Source: Phoronis australis
Taxonomy: Eukaryota > Animalia > Phoronida
Direction: 5' to 3'
Length of the DNA: 64,000 nt
Assembly (NCBI GenBank): GCA_002633005.1
Contig: NMRA01000001.1
Coordinates: 839,755-903,754 of the forward strand
This document shows, piece by piece, positions 63,801-64,000 of this stretch (the first letter of the stretch is position 1; every line of letters starts with the position of its first letter). The translations under genes were made by a program, and so were the position numbers. The notes under the pieces are model-generated. The model ran no database searches, had not been told where the DNA came from, and saw nothing but the letters and a program-made list of their open reading frames with translations.

Positions 63801-63868
63801 CTGTGTAAGCGTGTATTGAGTCTTTACCGCTACCTGGTGATGAATCTACCCCAGGAGCAGCAGACATG
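42713..63868 (+). CDS. RALGAPA1: Ral GTPase-activating protein subunit alpha, first 13 coding exons (1640 nt, ~546 aa; continues beyond the window)
   Basis: join(42713-42818,49327-49437,50425-50474,51412-51469,57008-57205,57756-57871,59154-59292,59787-59913,60755-61010,61472-61543,62787-62903,63434-63583,63729-63868); all introns GT-AG with consistent phases. The protein starts [35 protein letters not shown], as in vertebrate RalGAP-alpha (probably co-orthologous to RALGAPA1/2). Confidence 0.95.
43075..44102. repeat. Nested foldback/MITE cluster in RalGAP intron 1
   Basis: Inverted pair 43116-43170/43338-43391; long foldback 43441-43667/43787-44003 (atactacaaggtatga...tcataccttgtagtat); outer inverted match ~43078-43115/44060-44101. 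Confidence 0.75.
47989..48283 (+). mobile_element. Penelope-like element fragment (tandem + inverted pLTR pieces, variant hammerhead motif)
   Basis: 12-bp flanking direct repeat aaaggattccat (47977-47988, 48284-48295); inverted arms 48031-48073/48239-48282; 70-bp tandem unit at 48090-48159 and 48170-48239; ttgagaa-stem-(g/a)aaacgttgg motif. Confidence 0.55.
49327..49437 (+). CDS. RALGAPA1: RalGAP-alpha exon 2
   Basis: ttacag|...|gtaatt; (E)[36 protein letters not shown]. Confidence 0.92.
50425..50474 (+). CDS. RALGAPA1: RalGAP-alpha exon 3
   Basis: tttatag|...|gtgagt; (A)[16 protein letters not shown]. Confidence 0.92.
51412..51469 (+). CDS. RALGAPA1: RalGAP-alpha exon 4
   Basis: tttcag|...|gtaaga; [19 protein letters not shown]. 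Confidence 0.93.
51784..52709. other. Assembly gap (926 N)
   Basis: Run of N. Confidence 1.
52710..53038 (-). CDS. THAP zinc-finger domain protein (transposon-encoded; 3' part lost in the gap)
   Basis: [12 protein letters not shown]...LHRFP...RRTWL...RVCGKHF..SDY...[10 protein letters not shown] shows the C2CH THAP signature with P, W, F and the AVPT-like box. Confidence 0.9.
54072..54481. mobile_element. MITE (PIF/Harbinger-like termini)
   Basis: ggccagttgcatgaaacggtcccaaatagggact..ctaagttccctaaa vs tttagggaacttagtccctgtttgggactgtttcttgcaaccgtcc; TSD not clear. Confidence 0.6.
57008..57205 (+). CDS. RALGAPA1: RalGAP-alpha exon 5
   Basis: ttccag|...|gtaatt; (G)[28 protein letters not shown]...MFANLVP. 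Confidence 0.92.
57756..57871 (+). CDS. RALGAPA1: RalGAP-alpha exon 6
   Basis: ttctag|...|gtattc; [38 protein letters not shown]. Confidence 0.9.
59154..59292 (+). CDS. RALGAPA1: RalGAP-alpha exon 7
   Basis: tttcag|...|gtaatc; VTKVEW...[18 protein letters not shown]...SLYQPTL. Confidence 0.92.
59787..59913 (+). CDS. RALGAPA1: RalGAP-alpha exon 8
   Basis: ttccag|...|gtgagt; [41 protein letters not shown]. Confidence 0.85.
60755..61010 (+). CDS. RALGAPA1: RalGAP-alpha exon 9
   Basis: atacag|...|gtacgt; Ser-rich linker then [28 protein letters not shown]. Confidence 0.92.
61472..61543 (+). CDS. RALGAPA1: RalGAP-alpha exon 10
   Basis: tttcag|...|gttggt; [24 protein letters not shown]. Confidence 0.9.
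61690..61992. repeat. Degenerate MITE-like repeat with iterated (gg)acaagttgcac motifs
   Basis: gtcctcacaca...tgtgtggacg termini, internal tgtgtggacg/tgtgtccgca and caagttgcac repeats. Confidence 0.45.
62787..62903 (+). CDS. RALGAPA1: RalGAP-alpha exon 11
   Basis: ttttag|...|gtgagt; [18 protein letters not shown]... Confidence 0.88.
63434..63583 (+). CDS. RALGAPA1: RalGAP-alpha exon 12
   Basis: ttttag|...|gtaaga; ...[11 protein letters not shown]...[11 protein letters not shown]. Confidence 0.88.
63729..63868 (+). CDS. RALGAPA1: RalGAP-alpha exon 13
   Basis: ttccaaag|...|gtgagt; [12 protein letters not shown]...[25 protein letters not shown](W). Confidence 0.92.
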
Positions 63869-64000
63869 GTGAGTGCACTGGGAAGCAGACGACTTTTGAT
63901 CCATGATGGTGGACTTCATGACATCTAACTGATGGAGTGCATTATGTTGTTATTATTGTGTTGAGAATGTTGACATGAAAAAGCTTTTAGTAGACATGTT

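Noticed and set aside
1-64000. Prokaryotic systems (CRISPR array, operons, defence islands)
   Set aside because: Spliceosomal gene structures and eukaryotic TEs throughout; no regular repeat-spacer array.

Overview
AT-rich, intron-containing animal (probably marine invertebrate) genomic DNA from a draft assembly, with single-N contig joins and one 926-N gap. It holds two divergent host genes. (1) On the + strand, the first 13 coding exons of a Ral GTPase-activating protein alpha subunit gene (RALGAPA1/2-like; ATG at 42713, runs off the window end). (2) On the - strand, an NPC2/ML-domain sterol-binding gene with ONE visible exon 2 (31977-32087) followed by TWO intact, diverged exon3+exon4 cassettes (26422-26597 + 25848-25937, and 20385-20560 + 17937-18026). 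This partial tandem duplication could give alternative C-terminal halves with different ligand pockets, and is the most interesting system seen. The encoded ML domain also has an atypical cysteine pattern; its signal-peptide exon 1 was not located. The rest is a dense transposon landscape: an intact LINE ORF1, a THAP-encoding TTAA-targeting (Kolobok-like) element with a filled/empty site pair, four CA-ended elements with 5-bp TSDs, a decayed Sola2-like transposase with nested insertions, a Penelope-like fragment with a variant hammerhead motif, and several MITEs/foldbacks. Three near-identical tandem duplications joined by a single N are most likely uncollapsed haplotypes. All calls were made by eye; no database search was run.
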